The notes: a model not told the origin generated them from the letters alone. Numbered from the stretch's first letter, positions 1 through 9,395 are shown. The stretch is DNA of 64,000 bases from Bacilli bacterium (GCA_017459965.1 JAFUBW010000004.1:13667-77666); one strand, 5' to 3'. A program made the numbers and translations.

Positions 1-1195
1 CAAATTTTTCATCACATATATTTTTACCATTATATACTTTCACTATATTTAAAGATGAATAAGTCTCTTCAATAACATTATTTAAATTACCAAGTTCTTC
101 TTGTCTTTCTTTAAAATATTTTTGAGATTTAGAAAGTATTTTACCCATAAATATAAATCCAAATAAAGAAGAGATAACTGCTGTTATAGCCATTATATAA
201 TTAGTATAAAACATCATAAATAATGATCCTAAAAATAAAGTTATGGATGTAACTAGTGATGCTAGTGAGTTATTCATAGTTTGTGATAGTGTATCTACAT
301 CATTAGTTATTCTAGATAAAATATCACCAGACTGATGTTTATCAAAATATTTAAGTGGTAATTTATTTATCTTTTTAGAAATATTATTTCTTAAATCTTT
401 TGCAAATTTATTGGATACTGTTGTCATAATAAGTGATTGAATAAATGTAAAAAGTGCACTTATTATATAAATAATTATTAAGTATATAGTTATTTTTTTA
501 ATCTTTTTCATATTCATATTTGGTTCAATTAATAATCTAATACTTTTTGGTAGTTTATCTAACTTTTTATATACTTTTGTATTTTTAGAATTTTTATCTA
601 TAGTACTTAATACTTTTAAAAATTCAACTTGATCTGAAGATGTTATTTTTACATTATCAATTGTTATATCATCAAAAATAACATCTTTTAAATTACCAGG
701 TATAATACCATTTTTTAACATATTTATTTTATCTGTTTTAGTAACTAATACTCCTTTATAATAAGTATCTGTTAATATTTTATTAAGTATACTATCAGGT
801 ATTTCATTATATTTATTATTCTTTAATGCATCACTTAATTTATTTTTATCTTCTAATGATATACTTTGATCCATCATTATAGTTGGTGATATATTCATTT
901 GAAGTACACTAGGTAGTGAATTAGTCATATTGGTAGTTATTTGTTTTGTTACTTTTTCTAAGTTTTTAGTATTAATAACAAGTCCCTTAGAGATTTCATC
1001 TGTTAATTTAGTTAATCTATTAGGTGCGCTTATTGAAAGAATTGCTCCAAAACAAGCAAGTATTAATGATATTATTATAAATACTTTATATCCTTTTAAT
1101 TCTTTTAATAATCTTTTAATAGCTTCTTTAAAGTTTTTAGCTTTTTCAACTGGAACACCTGGTCCTCTTCTTGGAGTTCTTTGTTTATTATTCAT
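1..1195 (-). CDS. ABC exporter permease/ATPase subunit (second subunit of a heterodimeric pair), N-terminal transmembrane part only; continues beyond window start
   Basis: My own translation of the minus strand from the ATG at 1195 gives MNNKQRTPRRGPGVPVEKAKNFKEAIKRLLKELKGYKVFIIISLILACFGAILSISAP... and later ...KHQSGDILSRITNDVDTLSQTMNNSLASLVTSI..., a typical ABC exporter TMD. The start overlaps the stop of the upstream subunit (ATGAATAA). It is absent from the ORF track, presumably because it runs off the window. Confidence 0.75.
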   Translation of the reverse strand, partial: MNNKQRTPRRGPGVPVEKAKNFKEAIKRLLKELKGYKVFIIISLILACFGAILSISAPNRLTKLTDEISKGLVINTKNLEKVTKQITTNMTNSLPSVLQMNISPTIMMDQSISLEDKNKLSDALKNNKYNEIPDSILNKILTDTYYKGVLVTKTDKINMLKNGIIPGNLKDVIFDDITIDNVKITSSDQVEFLKVLSTIDKNSKNTKVYKKLDKLPKSIRLLIEPNMNMKKIKKITIYLIIIYIISALFTFIQSLIMTTVSNKFAKDLRNNISKKINKLPLKYFDKHQSGDILSRITNDVDTLSQTMNNSLASLVTSITLFLGSLFMMFYTNYIMAITAVISSLFGFIFMGKILSKSQKYFKERQEELGNLNNVIEETYSSLNIVKVYNGKNICDEKF

Positions 1196-2942
1196 TTTCA
1201 AGTTCCTCCTTTGAAAGTTGTGAGAGTGCGATTTGTTTATATACTTCACATGTTTTTAAAAGTTCTTTATGAGTACCAATTCCAACGCATTTTCCCTCAT
1301 CAAGTACTATTATCTTATCAGCATTCATAATAGTACCTATTCTTTGGGCTACTATTAATATAGTTGCATCTTTTGTATATTTTTTTAAATTTTTTCTAAG
1401 AAGAGAATCTGTTTTATAATCAAGTGCTGAAAAAGAATCATCAAATATATATATTTCTGGATTTCTTGCAATTGCTCTTGCAATAGATAATCTTTGTTTT
1501 TGTCCGCCTGATATATTTGTCCCACTTTGAGCAATATGAGATTCATATTTATCATCTAGTTTTTCTACAAATTCTTTAGCAAGTGATACTTCTATTGCTT
1601 TTTTTATTTCTTCTTTTGTTTTCTTTTTGCCATTATTTCCATAAGATACATTATCACTAACAGATGCATCAAACATAACAGCTTTTTGTGATACATAACC
1701 AAGTTTATTATATAAAGATTCTAATTTATAATCTTTTACATTTATATTATCTACAAGTACCTGACCATCAGTAGCATCATAAAATCTAGGTATTAGATTA
1801 ATTAGTGTTGATTTACCACTTCCAGTTGATCCTATAAATGCGACTGTTTCTCCTTTATTTGCTTTAAAAGATATATTTTCAAGTAAATATTCTTCAGCAT
1901 CTGGATACTTAAATGATACATTTTTAAATTCTACAGTTCCTTTTTCTTTAGACTTAGTAACATTTCCTTCTTTAATAGTTATTTCTTCGTCTAATACTTC
2001 ATTTATTCTTTTAGCAGATACACTTGCTCTTGGTAAAATCATAAATATAACTGCAAGCATTAGAAATGACATAATAACTTGAATTGCATATGAAGAAAAT
2101 ACTACCATATCACCAAATAAAGTTATCTTATCAGATAAAATTGAATCTTTTATTAAAAGAGCTCCTATAAAATATATAGATAAAGTTAAAGTATGCATTG
2201 TTAAATACATAACAGGTTGCATAATTGAAAATGTTCTTTGATTAAATAATTGCTGATTTGTTAAATCAGTATTAACTTTATCAAATTTATTTTCTTGATA
2301 ATCTTGTGCATTAAATGCTCTTACTACTCTAATACCTGTTAAGTTTTCTCTGGCTGAATTATTTAATTTATCAGTTAATTTTTGAACTATTTTAAATTTA
2401 GGTACAACTATAATAGTTAAAATTGCTATTACTGTTAAAAGAATTAAAACAGCAATTAATGTAGCCATAGACCAAGTAAAGTTTTTATTTAATATTTTAC
2501 TTACAGCCCATACTGCAGTTATTGGTGCTTTTATTAAAAGTTGAAGTCCCATAGCAATTAGCATTTCTATTTGAGTTATATCATTTGTTGTTCTTGTAAT
2601 TAAAGAACTAACATTAAATTTTTTAACTTCTGCTATAGATAAATTTTCTACTTTTTCAAATAGTTTTTTTCTTGTAATAAGTGAAAAAGATGCTGATATA
2701 TTAGCAACTAAATATCCTACTATTATAGTAGAAATTAAACTTCCAAATGCACAAAGCATCATATAAAGTCCATTTAGAAGTATTTCACTCATTTTACTTC
2801 CATCTGACTCTACAAGTATTGTTACTTTTGACATAAAATCAGGCATTTTTAGTTCAAGCCATACTTGTATGACTATAAGTATTAAACTTATTAATGCATA
2901 TATATAATCTTTTTTAGTTAAGTTTTTAATTAATTTAATCAT
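1188..2942 (-). CDS. ABC exporter fused permease/ATP-binding subunit
   Basis: 584 aa with a multi-TM N-terminal half, then Walker A GSTGSGKST, ABC signature ISGGQKQRLSIARA and Walker B IYIFDDSFSALD. Confidence 0.9.
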   Translation of the reverse strand: MIKLIKNLTKKDYIYALISLILIVIQVWLELKMPDFMSKVTILVESDGSKMSEILLNGLYMMLCAFGSLISTIIVGYLVANISASFSLITRKKLFEKVENLSIAEVKKFNVSSLITRTTNDITQIEMLIAMGLQLLIKAPITAVWAVSKILNKNFTWSMATLIAVLILLTVIAILTIIVVPKFKIVQKLTDKLNNSARENLTGIRVVRAFNAQDYQENKFDKVNTDLTNQQLFNQRTFSIMQPVMYLTMHTLTLSIYFIGALLIKDSILSDKITLFGDMVVFSSYAIQVIMSFLMLAVIFMILPRASVSAKRINEVLDEEITIKEGNVTKSKEKGTVEFKNVSFKYPDAEEYLLENISFKANKGETVAFIGSTGSGKSTLINLIPRFYDATDGQVLVDNINVKDYKLESLYNKLGYVSQKAVMFDASVSDNVSYGNNGKKKTKEEIKKAIEVSLAKEFVEKLDDKYESHIAQSGTNISGGQKQRLSIARAIARNPEIYIFDDSFSALDYKTDSLLRKNLKKYTKDATILIVAQRIGTIMNADKIIVLDEGKCVGIGTHKELLKTCEVYKQIALSQLSKEELENE

Positions 2943-3046
2943 ACATTCACCTACCTATGTATCATATTCATATATACATTTTATGACACATATAAAATTA
3001 TACTATATTTTAAAAATTATTCAATAAAAAAAATAGCCTAAGCTAT

Positions 3047-3385
3047 TTATTTTATAAACATAAATATTATAAATGTAATTATATCTATAATTAACATTAC
3101 TAAAAATATAAATCCAATATATTTAACACTTTTGATTCCAAGTCCAGCTAGTTTTTCAGTATTTGATATTTTTTCTAAAGCAATATTTGAAATATCATTA
3201 TCTAAAAGATCATCTATACTTACTTTTAATACTTTTGATAAAAGTTTTAATTGATCTGGATTTGGTGATGTTTCATTAAGCTCCCAATTAGATATAGTTT
3301 GTCTTGTTACATTTATCTTTTCACCTAACTCTTCTTGTGAAAGACCATTTTTCTTTCTTAAGTTTAATATTTTTTCTCCTAACAT
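3047..3385 (-). CDS. XRE-family HTH regulator with C-terminal transmembrane anchor
   Basis: N-terminus LRKKNGLSQEELGEKINVTRQTISNWE is a classic HTH_3 motif. The C-terminus YIGFIFLVMLIIDIITFIIFMFI is hydrophobic. It lies directly upstream of the ABC exporter pair. Confidence 0.75.
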   Translation of the reverse strand: MLGEKILNLRKKNGLSQEELGEKINVTRQTISNWELNETSPNPDQLKLLSKVLKVSIDDLLDNDISNIALEKISNTEKLAGLGIKSVKYIGFIFLVMLIIDIITFIIFMFIK

Positions 3386-3509
3386 AATATTTCTCCTTTC
3401 GAAAGTAATTATAAATTATATATAGTATGCATTTCTACCAAAAATCTATGGAAATTTGTCAAAGACTTTTAACATTTATATGAGTTGTTATTTATTTAAT
3501 AATGTATTT

Positions 3510-4142
3510 TTATTCATTATAATTTCCATATTTAAATCCATATAGTCCAAGTATTCCCGTAAAAATAACTGCACTATATGTACTAAATCTTTCAAATATG
3601 CCAAATATACTCTTGTCAACATTTTGTGATGCGACTACTCCTATAAACATTAATACTAGCGAAATAATTGCAAGTATTCCAAGTAATTTATATTTACTTT
3701 TAAATGATCCAATAGCAATTAGTATAAGTGATACTATTGATAATATAACAACTAAGAAAGTTAATATATATACATGAATAAAGCTTTGAATACTTCCATC
3801 ATATCCAGCACTTGATAATGGAAATAAAGCATATCCTATTGCTGATATAAAATTCATTATTGAAAATAAATAAACTCCAAGTCTCAATGTTTTTTTCTTT
3901 TCATTTTTTATTAGTATACATAATAATGCACAGCATAAACAATTTAATATTTTATATACTGTTACAAATCCACTTGCAACTACAAATGATGGAGCATCAC
4001 TTGCTGTTAAATCACTTACAGCCCCTCTCATCCAGTTATAACCTGGATAATTAATAGATCCTACTATATCGTGCAATAAATAAAATATAATACTTATAAT
4101 ACCACTTAAACATAAATAATTAATTAATTTTTTCTTTTTCAT
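3510..4142 (-). CDS. multi-pass membrane protein of unknown function (possibly DUF998-like)
   Basis: 210 aa with about 6 hydrophobic segments; no catalytic motif recognised. Confidence 0.5.
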   Translation of the reverse strand: MKKKKLINYLCLSGIISIIFYLLHDIVGSINYPGYNWMRGAVSDLTASDAPSFVVASGFVTVYKILNCLCCALLCILIKNEKKKTLRLGVYLFSIMNFISAIGYALFPLSSAGYDGSIQSFIHVYILTFLVVILSIVSLILIAIGSFKSKYKLLGILAIISLVLMFIGVVASQNVDKSIFGIFERFSTYSAVIFTGILGLYGFKYGNYNE

Positions 4143-4189
4143 AAAACACCTCTATTAAAATTATAACATAATAAAAGGAACTTTCGTTC

Positions 4190-4624
4190 CTATTTTTCAA
4201 ATCTTACTAATATACTATCATTACCTAAATCAGGTAAATCATCAATATGACCTATTTTTGTATAACTATATGATGTATCAAATGATTTATAAAAGATTAC
4301 TAAGCAGTTATCTTTAAATAACATTACATCTCCAGTATTAATATGTTTTGGATTATAAGAATTAGTTGGTAAAGACTTATCTAAATAAATATATTTTTCA
4401 TTACCATTTAATTCATTCATATTAAATTCTTTAGGTAACATATTTATAAAACTTTCTACTGTATTATTATCTTCTAAATTAATAGAATATTCTTTTTCAT
4501 TTATTATTACTTTCATTTTATTTATTACCTTTCTTGAAGAATTATCATTTATTAAATTATTACAACCTATTAATAAAAATAATATAGTAATAACTACTAA
4601 AATATATTTTATTTTATTTTTCAT
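4190..4624 (-). CDS. cyclophilin-like-fold lipoprotein
   Basis: Likely start is MKNKIKYILVVITILFLLIGC (lipobox LIGC), whose ATG overlaps the flavodoxin stop (TAATG). The C-terminal part ...NELNGNEKYIYLDKSLPTN...GDVMLFKDNCLVIFYKSFDTSYSYTKIGHIDD matches my recollection of the cyclophilin-like family often found beside flavodoxins. Confidence 0.65.
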   Translation of the reverse strand: MKNKIKYILVVITILFLLIGCNNLINDNSSRKVINKMKVIINEKEYSINLEDNNTVESFINMLPKEFNMNELNGNEKYIYLDKSLPTNSYNPKHINTGDVMLFKDNCLVIFYKSFDTSYSYTKIGHIDDLPDLGNDSILVRFEK

Positions 4625-5124
4625 TATATCCACTCTAGTATTTGCTTTTTAGAATTTAATGCTTGGGACCCTCTAATAGCTATAGCATCATCTAAAATAT
4701 TTGCACCATTGCATATATTTTTTATTTGAGAAGGTACACTTGCAAGTCCACTTCCTTCATGTGTTGTAAATACTCTAATAATTTTACCTGTAAAATCTTT
4801 TTCTTTAAGAGCTGTAAATAATTCTTCAGGCATACCTCCCCAATATATAGGTGAACCTATATAAATAACTTCATAATCACTAATATCTGGTATACTTTCT
4901 TTTATAGGTGCATTATGAGTACTAGTTCTTACTTTTGCTTCTTCTATACACTTGTTATAATCTTTTGAATAAGGAATAACTGGCTCTACTTTAAATAAAT
5001 CACCATTAGTTATTTCACTTATATATTCTGCAATAATTTGTGTATTACCTTTTGTAATATATCCAACAGAGTAATTTTCATCTGCTCTACTAAAATAAAT
5101 AATTAAACTTTTTTTATCTTTCAT
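4624..5124 (-). CDS. flavodoxin-family protein
   Basis: 166 aa. The N-terminus KSLIIYFSRADENYSVG and the segments ...IYIGSPIYWGGMP... and ...FTTHEGSGL... are typical of flavodoxin-like fold FMN proteins. Confidence 0.75.
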   Translation of the reverse strand: MKDKKSLIIYFSRADENYSVGYITKGNTQIIAEYISEITNGDLFKVEPVIPYSKDYNKCIEEAKVRTSTHNAPIKESIPDISDYEVIYIGSPIYWGGMPEELFTALKEKDFTGKIIRVFTTHEGSGLASVPSQIKNICNGANILDDAIAIRGSQALNSKKQILEWI

Positions 5125-5195
5125 TTATCCTCCTATTTTAATAATTATAACATAGAAAAAGGACTTTCGTTCCTAAAATTTTAATCTTTGGAGTA

Positions 5196-5906
5196 TTACA
5201 TATTTAACATTGTTTGATATAAATCTGGGCTAATTGATGTCATTAATATCATTACAACACTAGCCATTTCTATAAGTGCATGACCAATCATAATTGGAAC
5301 TGGATTTTTCTTTTTATAATAGTACCAGCATAAAATTATTGTAAGTGGTAAAAATGATAAAAATCTATATATTATATATTTTCCATCAAATAATGTTGGA
5401 ACAAAACTATGTTGTAATGCATAAAAGAATGCTGGTATTAATATAGCCATATATTTATTTTTAAAACTATTTACTCCACATCCAAGATATAAGCCATCTT
5501 CTGCAAAAGAAACTGTTAAAGGTAAAACTATAAAATTAATAATTGCAAGTATAGGTAGTATTGGTGCAATCATCATAGGAGCAGCATATGGAAATTTTCC
5601 ATAGCAAATAAATCCAGATAAATACATTCCAATAGTTCCTACAAATAAAACTATTAAAGATATAATAATTACTTCTTTTATTTTTGTTTTACCTTTTTCA
5701 TAATTAATTAACTTTGAATAACTAATATTCATTTTCTTTGATATAAATATTAATAATAGAATTGTTATAATATTAACTATAGTCGCTACTATACTCCACC
5801 AGTTACTTATATCACTTATATTCTTATTAACAATTATTGAACCCATAACAAATATTAATATAAACATTATTGATCGAATTGGTAATAAATATTTTAATTT
5901 ACTCAT
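5196..5906 (-). CDS. multi-pass membrane protein, weak CPBP/Abi-like resemblance
   Basis: 236 aa with about 7 hydrophobic segments. The degenerate motifs FAEDGLY, FYALQH and GHALIE only loosely resemble the CPBP EExxxR / FxxxH / HxxxN motifs. Confidence 0.45.
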   Translation of the reverse strand: MSKLKYLLPIRSIMFILIFVMGSIIVNKNISDISNWWSIVATIVNIITILLLIFISKKMNISYSKLINYEKGKTKIKEVIIISLIVLFVGTIGMYLSGFICYGKFPYAAPMMIAPILPILAIINFIVLPLTVSFAEDGLYLGCGVNSFKNKYMAILIPAFFYALQHSFVPTLFDGKYIIYRFLSFLPLTIILCWYYYKKKNPVPIMIGHALIEMASVVMILMTSISPDLYQTMLNM

Positions 5907-5926
5907 ACTATCAACTCCTATATATT

Positions 5927-6406
5927 TTACATAATCTCTTTCTTATGATTTAAATGAATTCCAATATGGCCTATTCCTAAAACAATAATAGCTACTATAA
6001 GAAATATGTTTTTACCATATATACCTAATAATAAAAAAGCTAATACTGGTAAAGTAGCACCTGCAAGTGGAATACCTAATATACTTGAATACATATCTTT
6101 CATTGTTTTATTACTTTTAAAATATCTTATCCAATATATTTCATATAATACCATCATAAGAAATGATATTAATAATATTACTGACCAATAAGAAATTTTA
6201 TTTATATTAAAATCAGTAAATATTACTGATAAACATGTTACTAATATTTCTCCAACTCTTTCAAAACATAATAATATTTTATTTTCATTTTTTACATATT
6301 TATCATAATCTTTTGGTAAATTTTTACTCCAAATAATATTTGGAACATAAAGCATTAATAGGTATATTAAACCAATATATGAAAAGCCAAAGTTCATTAT
6401 AATCAC
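5927..6406 (-). CDS. small multi-pass membrane protein, unknown function
   Basis: 159 aa with 4-5 hydrophobic segments; start codon ambiguous (MIIMNF...). Confidence 0.5.
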   Translation of the reverse strand: MIIMNFGFSYIGLIYLLMLYVPNIIWSKNLPKDYDKYVKNENKILLCFERVGEILVTCLSVIFTDFNINKISYWSVILLISFLMMVLYEIYWIRYFKSNKTMKDMYSSILGIPLAGATLPVLAFLLLGIYGKNIFLIVAIIVLGIGHIGIHLNHKKEIM

Positions 6407-6430
6407 TTCCTATATTCAATTATATCATAC

Positions 6431-6452
6431 AAAAACGGATTTTCATCCGTTC
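6431..6452 (-). terminator. intrinsic terminator after the ABC-2 permease gene
   Basis: The minus-strand sense reads ACGGAT-gaaa-ATCCGT followed by TTTTT. Confidence 0.65.
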
Positions 6453-6472
6453 TGTATATCTTAATCTTACGA

Positions 6473-7204
6473 TTATTTATTATCGCTAACCATTCTTTTC
6501 TTAAATACAAATATTGATAATAATAAAACTGCTATAAAATAAATTAAAAATACTATTATATGAACAAGTGTTAAATTACTAAAATCATTATGTAATGTTC
6601 CTTGAATTATATTTAGACATGCTTCAAATGGTAATGCTTTACATATTGTTTCAAATACTCCACCCATTACTTCTTTAGGAAAATACATACCACTAGTAAA
6701 GCATACTAATTGAACAATGATACTTCCTAAACCACCAGTTCCTTTTTCACTAACTAAACTACCTATTAATATTCCAAGTGATATAAAGAATATAGAAATA
6801 ATCATAGATACTAATATAGTTGGTATTATACTTATGCTAAATTCTAATCCCATAATAATAGCAGTTAAAAAGAATAAAATATTCTGAATTAATACTATTG
6901 GCAGCAATGATAGTATATATCCTAAAATATAATCACTTGATTTCATTGGAGAAGTTCCAAGTCTTATTAAAAATGATGATGTTCTATCCTTTGCAATTAA
7001 TGTAGCAGTAAACAATGTAATAAATGAAAATCCAAATAGAATTATAGATGGTGTGAAATTTTCTAATCGATAATTTTCTGCTGGAATATCAAATTGTTGA
7101 AAGATAAATAATAAGAATAATGGTAAAGCAATTTCAAATACTAAACTTAAAGGATCTCTAATTAATTCCTTAAAGTTTCTTTTAGCAAAATTAATCATTC
7201 TCAT
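6473..7204 (-). CDS. ABC-2 type transporter permease
   Basis: 243 aa with 6 TM segments. Its start overlaps the stop of the upstream ABC ATPase by 1 nt. Confidence 0.8.
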   Translation of the reverse strand: MRMINFAKRNFKELIRDPLSLVFEIALPLFLLFIFQQFDIPAENYRLENFTPSIILFGFSFITLFTATLIAKDRTSSFLIRLGTSPMKSSDYILGYILSLLPIVLIQNILFFLTAIIMGLEFSISIIPTILVSMIISIFFISLGILIGSLVSEKGTGGLGSIIVQLVCFTSGMYFPKEVMGGVFETICKALPFEACLNIIQGTLHNDFSNLTLVHIIVFLIYFIAVLLLSIFVFKKRMVSDNK

Positions 7205-7926
7205 TATAGCTCACCTCCAGTTGCAATTGATACAAAAGCATCTTCAAAGTTTTTAGCTTTAGTTTTTTTGATTAATTCTTTAGAAGTTCCAACTTCAACA
7301 ATATTACCATTTGCCATTATACCAATTCTATCTGATAAATTTTCTGCTTCCTCCATATAATGAGTTGTTAAAATAATTGTTATTTTACCTTTTAATGAAT
7401 TAATAACTTTCCATAATTCTTTTCTTGCTATAACATCTAAACCAAGTGTAGGTTCATCCAAGAATAGTATCTTTGGATCATTTATTAAACTTATTGCAAT
7501 AGATACTTTCCTTTGCCATCCACCAGATAAAGTTTTTGCTCTTTTGTTTAATACTTCATCTAATTTAAATAATTTAATTAATTCATTTATTTTTTTATCT
7601 TTATCTTTTATCTGATAAACTCCAGCCATAAATTCTAAATTTTCTTTTACGGTTAGATTTGGAGCAATAGCAGTTTCTTGTGGTGAAACATTTAATATCT
7701 CTTTTATTTTAAATACATCTTTTTTCATATCCATATCAAGAATTTTAATACTTCCAGAAGTTGGTAATATTAATCCTGACAACATTTTTATTGTTGTAGT
7801 TTTTCCTGCACCATTAGTTCCTAAAAGTGCAAATAATTCTCCTTGTTTAATATTTAAATCTATTCCATTTACTGCAATTTTATCTTTAAACTTTTTAATT
7901 AATTTCTTTGTTTCAATAGAATACAT
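7204..7926 (-). CDS. ABC transporter ATP-binding protein
   Basis: Walker A GTNGAGKTT, signature LSGGWQRKVSIA, Walker B ILFLDEPTLGLD. Confidence 0.9.
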   Translation of the reverse strand: MYSIETKKLIKKFKDKIAVNGIDLNIKQGELFALLGTNGAGKTTTIKMLSGLILPTSGSIKILDMDMKKDVFKIKEILNVSPQETAIAPNLTVKENLEFMAGVYQIKDKDKKINELIKLFKLDEVLNKRAKTLSGGWQRKVSIAISLINDPKILFLDEPTLGLDVIARKELWKVINSLKGKITIILTTHYMEEAENLSDRIGIMANGNIVEVGTSKELIKKTKAKNFEDAFVSIATGGEL

Positions 7927-7927
7927 A

Positions 7928-8125
7928 TTATTTATTATCTGGCATTATTTTATCCATAGTATCTTCTAATACTTCAGATTTAACAATAGCCATTCCTTTC
8001 TTTTTATCACATAAAACTACAACAGTATCTCCAGGTTTAATATCAAACATATCTCTTGCTTCTTTAGGAATTACTATTTGTCCTTTTTCTCCAACTTTAG
8101 CAATACCTACGAATTTGTTTTTCAT
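7928..8125 (-). CDS. AbrB/MazE/SpoVT-domain DNA-binding protein
   Basis: 65 aa; GQIVIPKEARDMFDIKPGDTVVV is the looped-hinge-helix SpoVT/AbrB signature. It is tightly coupled to the ABC ATPase gene (1-nt gap). Confidence 0.75.
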   Translation of the reverse strand: MKNKFVGIAKVGEKGQIVIPKEARDMFDIKPGDTVVVLCDKKKGMAIVKSEVLEDTMDKIMPDNK

Positions 8126-8141
8126 AATCTGCCTCCTTCAA

Positions 8142-8159
8142 AGTATAACAAGTTATACT
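8142..8159. promoter_or_regulatory. perfect 8-2-8 palindrome (candidate operator) between the -10 and the RBS of the abrB-like/ABC operon
   Basis: AGTATAAC-AA-GTTATACT. On the minus strand a TATAAT (8171-8176) lies just upstream and a GGAGG RBS just downstream. Confidence 0.5.
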
Positions 8160-8230
8160 TTTCATACTTAATTATATACCTATTTTATACAAAAGTAAAG
8201 TATCATAATATTACTAAAAACTAAACAATT

Positions 8231-8253
8231 AAAAAGATGAGATTTCTCTCATC
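8231..8253 (-). terminator. intrinsic terminator after the HTH-TM-zinc-ribbon gene
   Basis: The minus sense reads GATGAGAGAAATCTCATC followed by TTTTT. Confidence 0.65.
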
Positions 8254-8287
8254 AGCTAGTACGGTAATGTCTTAATAGTGCGATTGT

Positions 8288-8917
8288 TTATTTTTCATTA
8301 AATTTTGTTAAGACTTTCTTATGCCAACATTTTTTGTTACAATTCGGACATTTCATTCGCCATATTCCACCTTTAGTTATTCCACTCATACCAAAAAACA
8401 TTTGATTAAAAGTAGGAATATATTGGTGCCTACATTCTTGACATTCGTAATATCCTGTTTTTTGTATGGTATTAAGATTAAAAACGCCAAATAAAAGCAA
8501 CATTACTAAAGCAAGTGCAATAATTATATTTCTAATTACCATAGGAATTTCAATAAATATTATTGCAAGAACTATTAATACATATATAACAACACCTAGA
8601 AATGTTATAATTCTATTTAAAGTAAGAATTTTCTTGTTTTGACTTTCTATTTCGCGCCTCATCTCTAAAAGATTGTCCTCTGCTTGTTCATTATAAGATT
8701 CTTTTATAATTTTTTTTGCTGATAATAGTTCATTGACATTAATATCAAGTAACTTACATAATTCTAACATAATTCCAGCATCAGGCATAGATCTTCCATT
8801 TTCCCAATGTGAAATAGCCCTATCAGTAATATTTAGTTTCGTAGCTAATTCTTGTTGAGTCATATTTTTTTCTTTTCTTACCTTAGCAATAAATTTTCCT
8901 ATTTTTTCTTGATTCAT
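8288..8917 (-). CDS. XRE-family HTH protein with two TM segments and a C-terminal CxxC...CxxC zinc-ribbon
   Basis: N-terminal motif MTQQELATKLNITDRAISHWENG; hydrophobic stretches ITFLGVVIYVLIVLAIIFI and IIIALALVMLLLFGVF; C-terminal cysteine pairs CQEC and CPNC. Confidence 0.75.
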   Translation of the reverse strand: MNQEKIGKFIAKVRKEKNMTQQELATKLNITDRAISHWENGRSMPDAGIMLELCKLLDINVNELLSAKKIIKESYNEQAEDNLLEMRREIESQNKKILTLNRIITFLGVVIYVLIVLAIIFIEIPMVIRNIIIALALVMLLLFGVFNLNTIQKTGYYECQECRHQYIPTFNQMFFGMSGITKGGIWRMKCPNCNKKCWHKKVLTKFNEK

Positions 8918-9044
8918 AATTTACCTCCTCTATTCACAATTAATTATAATATAAAAATTACTAATTGTATCCACAGTGTTAGTAGAGTTTCAAATAATCA
9001 CAATATTACTATTTTATGATAAAAAAATCATACATAATGTATGA

Positions 9045-9395
9045 TTAATCTTTTGCTTTAAATATTAAAGTAAATATAAATGCAAATATTATAGTTGCTG
9101 TTATACCTGCTGCTGTAAGTGAAAACATTCCAGTAAATAATCCAAGTATTCCATCTGCATGTGCTTTAGCAAGTGCACCATGTATTAGTAAATGACCAAA
9201 GCTTGTTATACATACCATTGCTCCTGCTCCAAACTTTTCTACAAAAAAATCATATATAGCAAATGTATCAAGTGCTGCTCCTATTACTACAAATAAAGAT
9301 GTAATATGTCCTGGCATTAATTTAGTATTATCTAGTATTATTTGTCCTATTAAGCAAACTATACCAGAGAATATAAAGGCATTAAAATATATCAT
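9045..9395 (-). CDS. spoVAE: stage V sporulation protein AE (SpoVAEB-type)
   Basis: Small 4-TM protein following spoVAD. The ATG at 9395 has a GGAGG RBS and overlaps the spoVAD stop (TAATG). It sits in the spoVAC-D-E gene order. Confidence 0.8.
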   Translation of the reverse strand: MIYFNAFIFSGIVCLIGQIILDNTKLMPGHITSLFVVIGAALDTFAIYDFFVEKFGAGAMVCITSFGHLLIHGALAKAHADGILGLFTGMFSLTAAGITATIIFAFIFTLIFKAKD

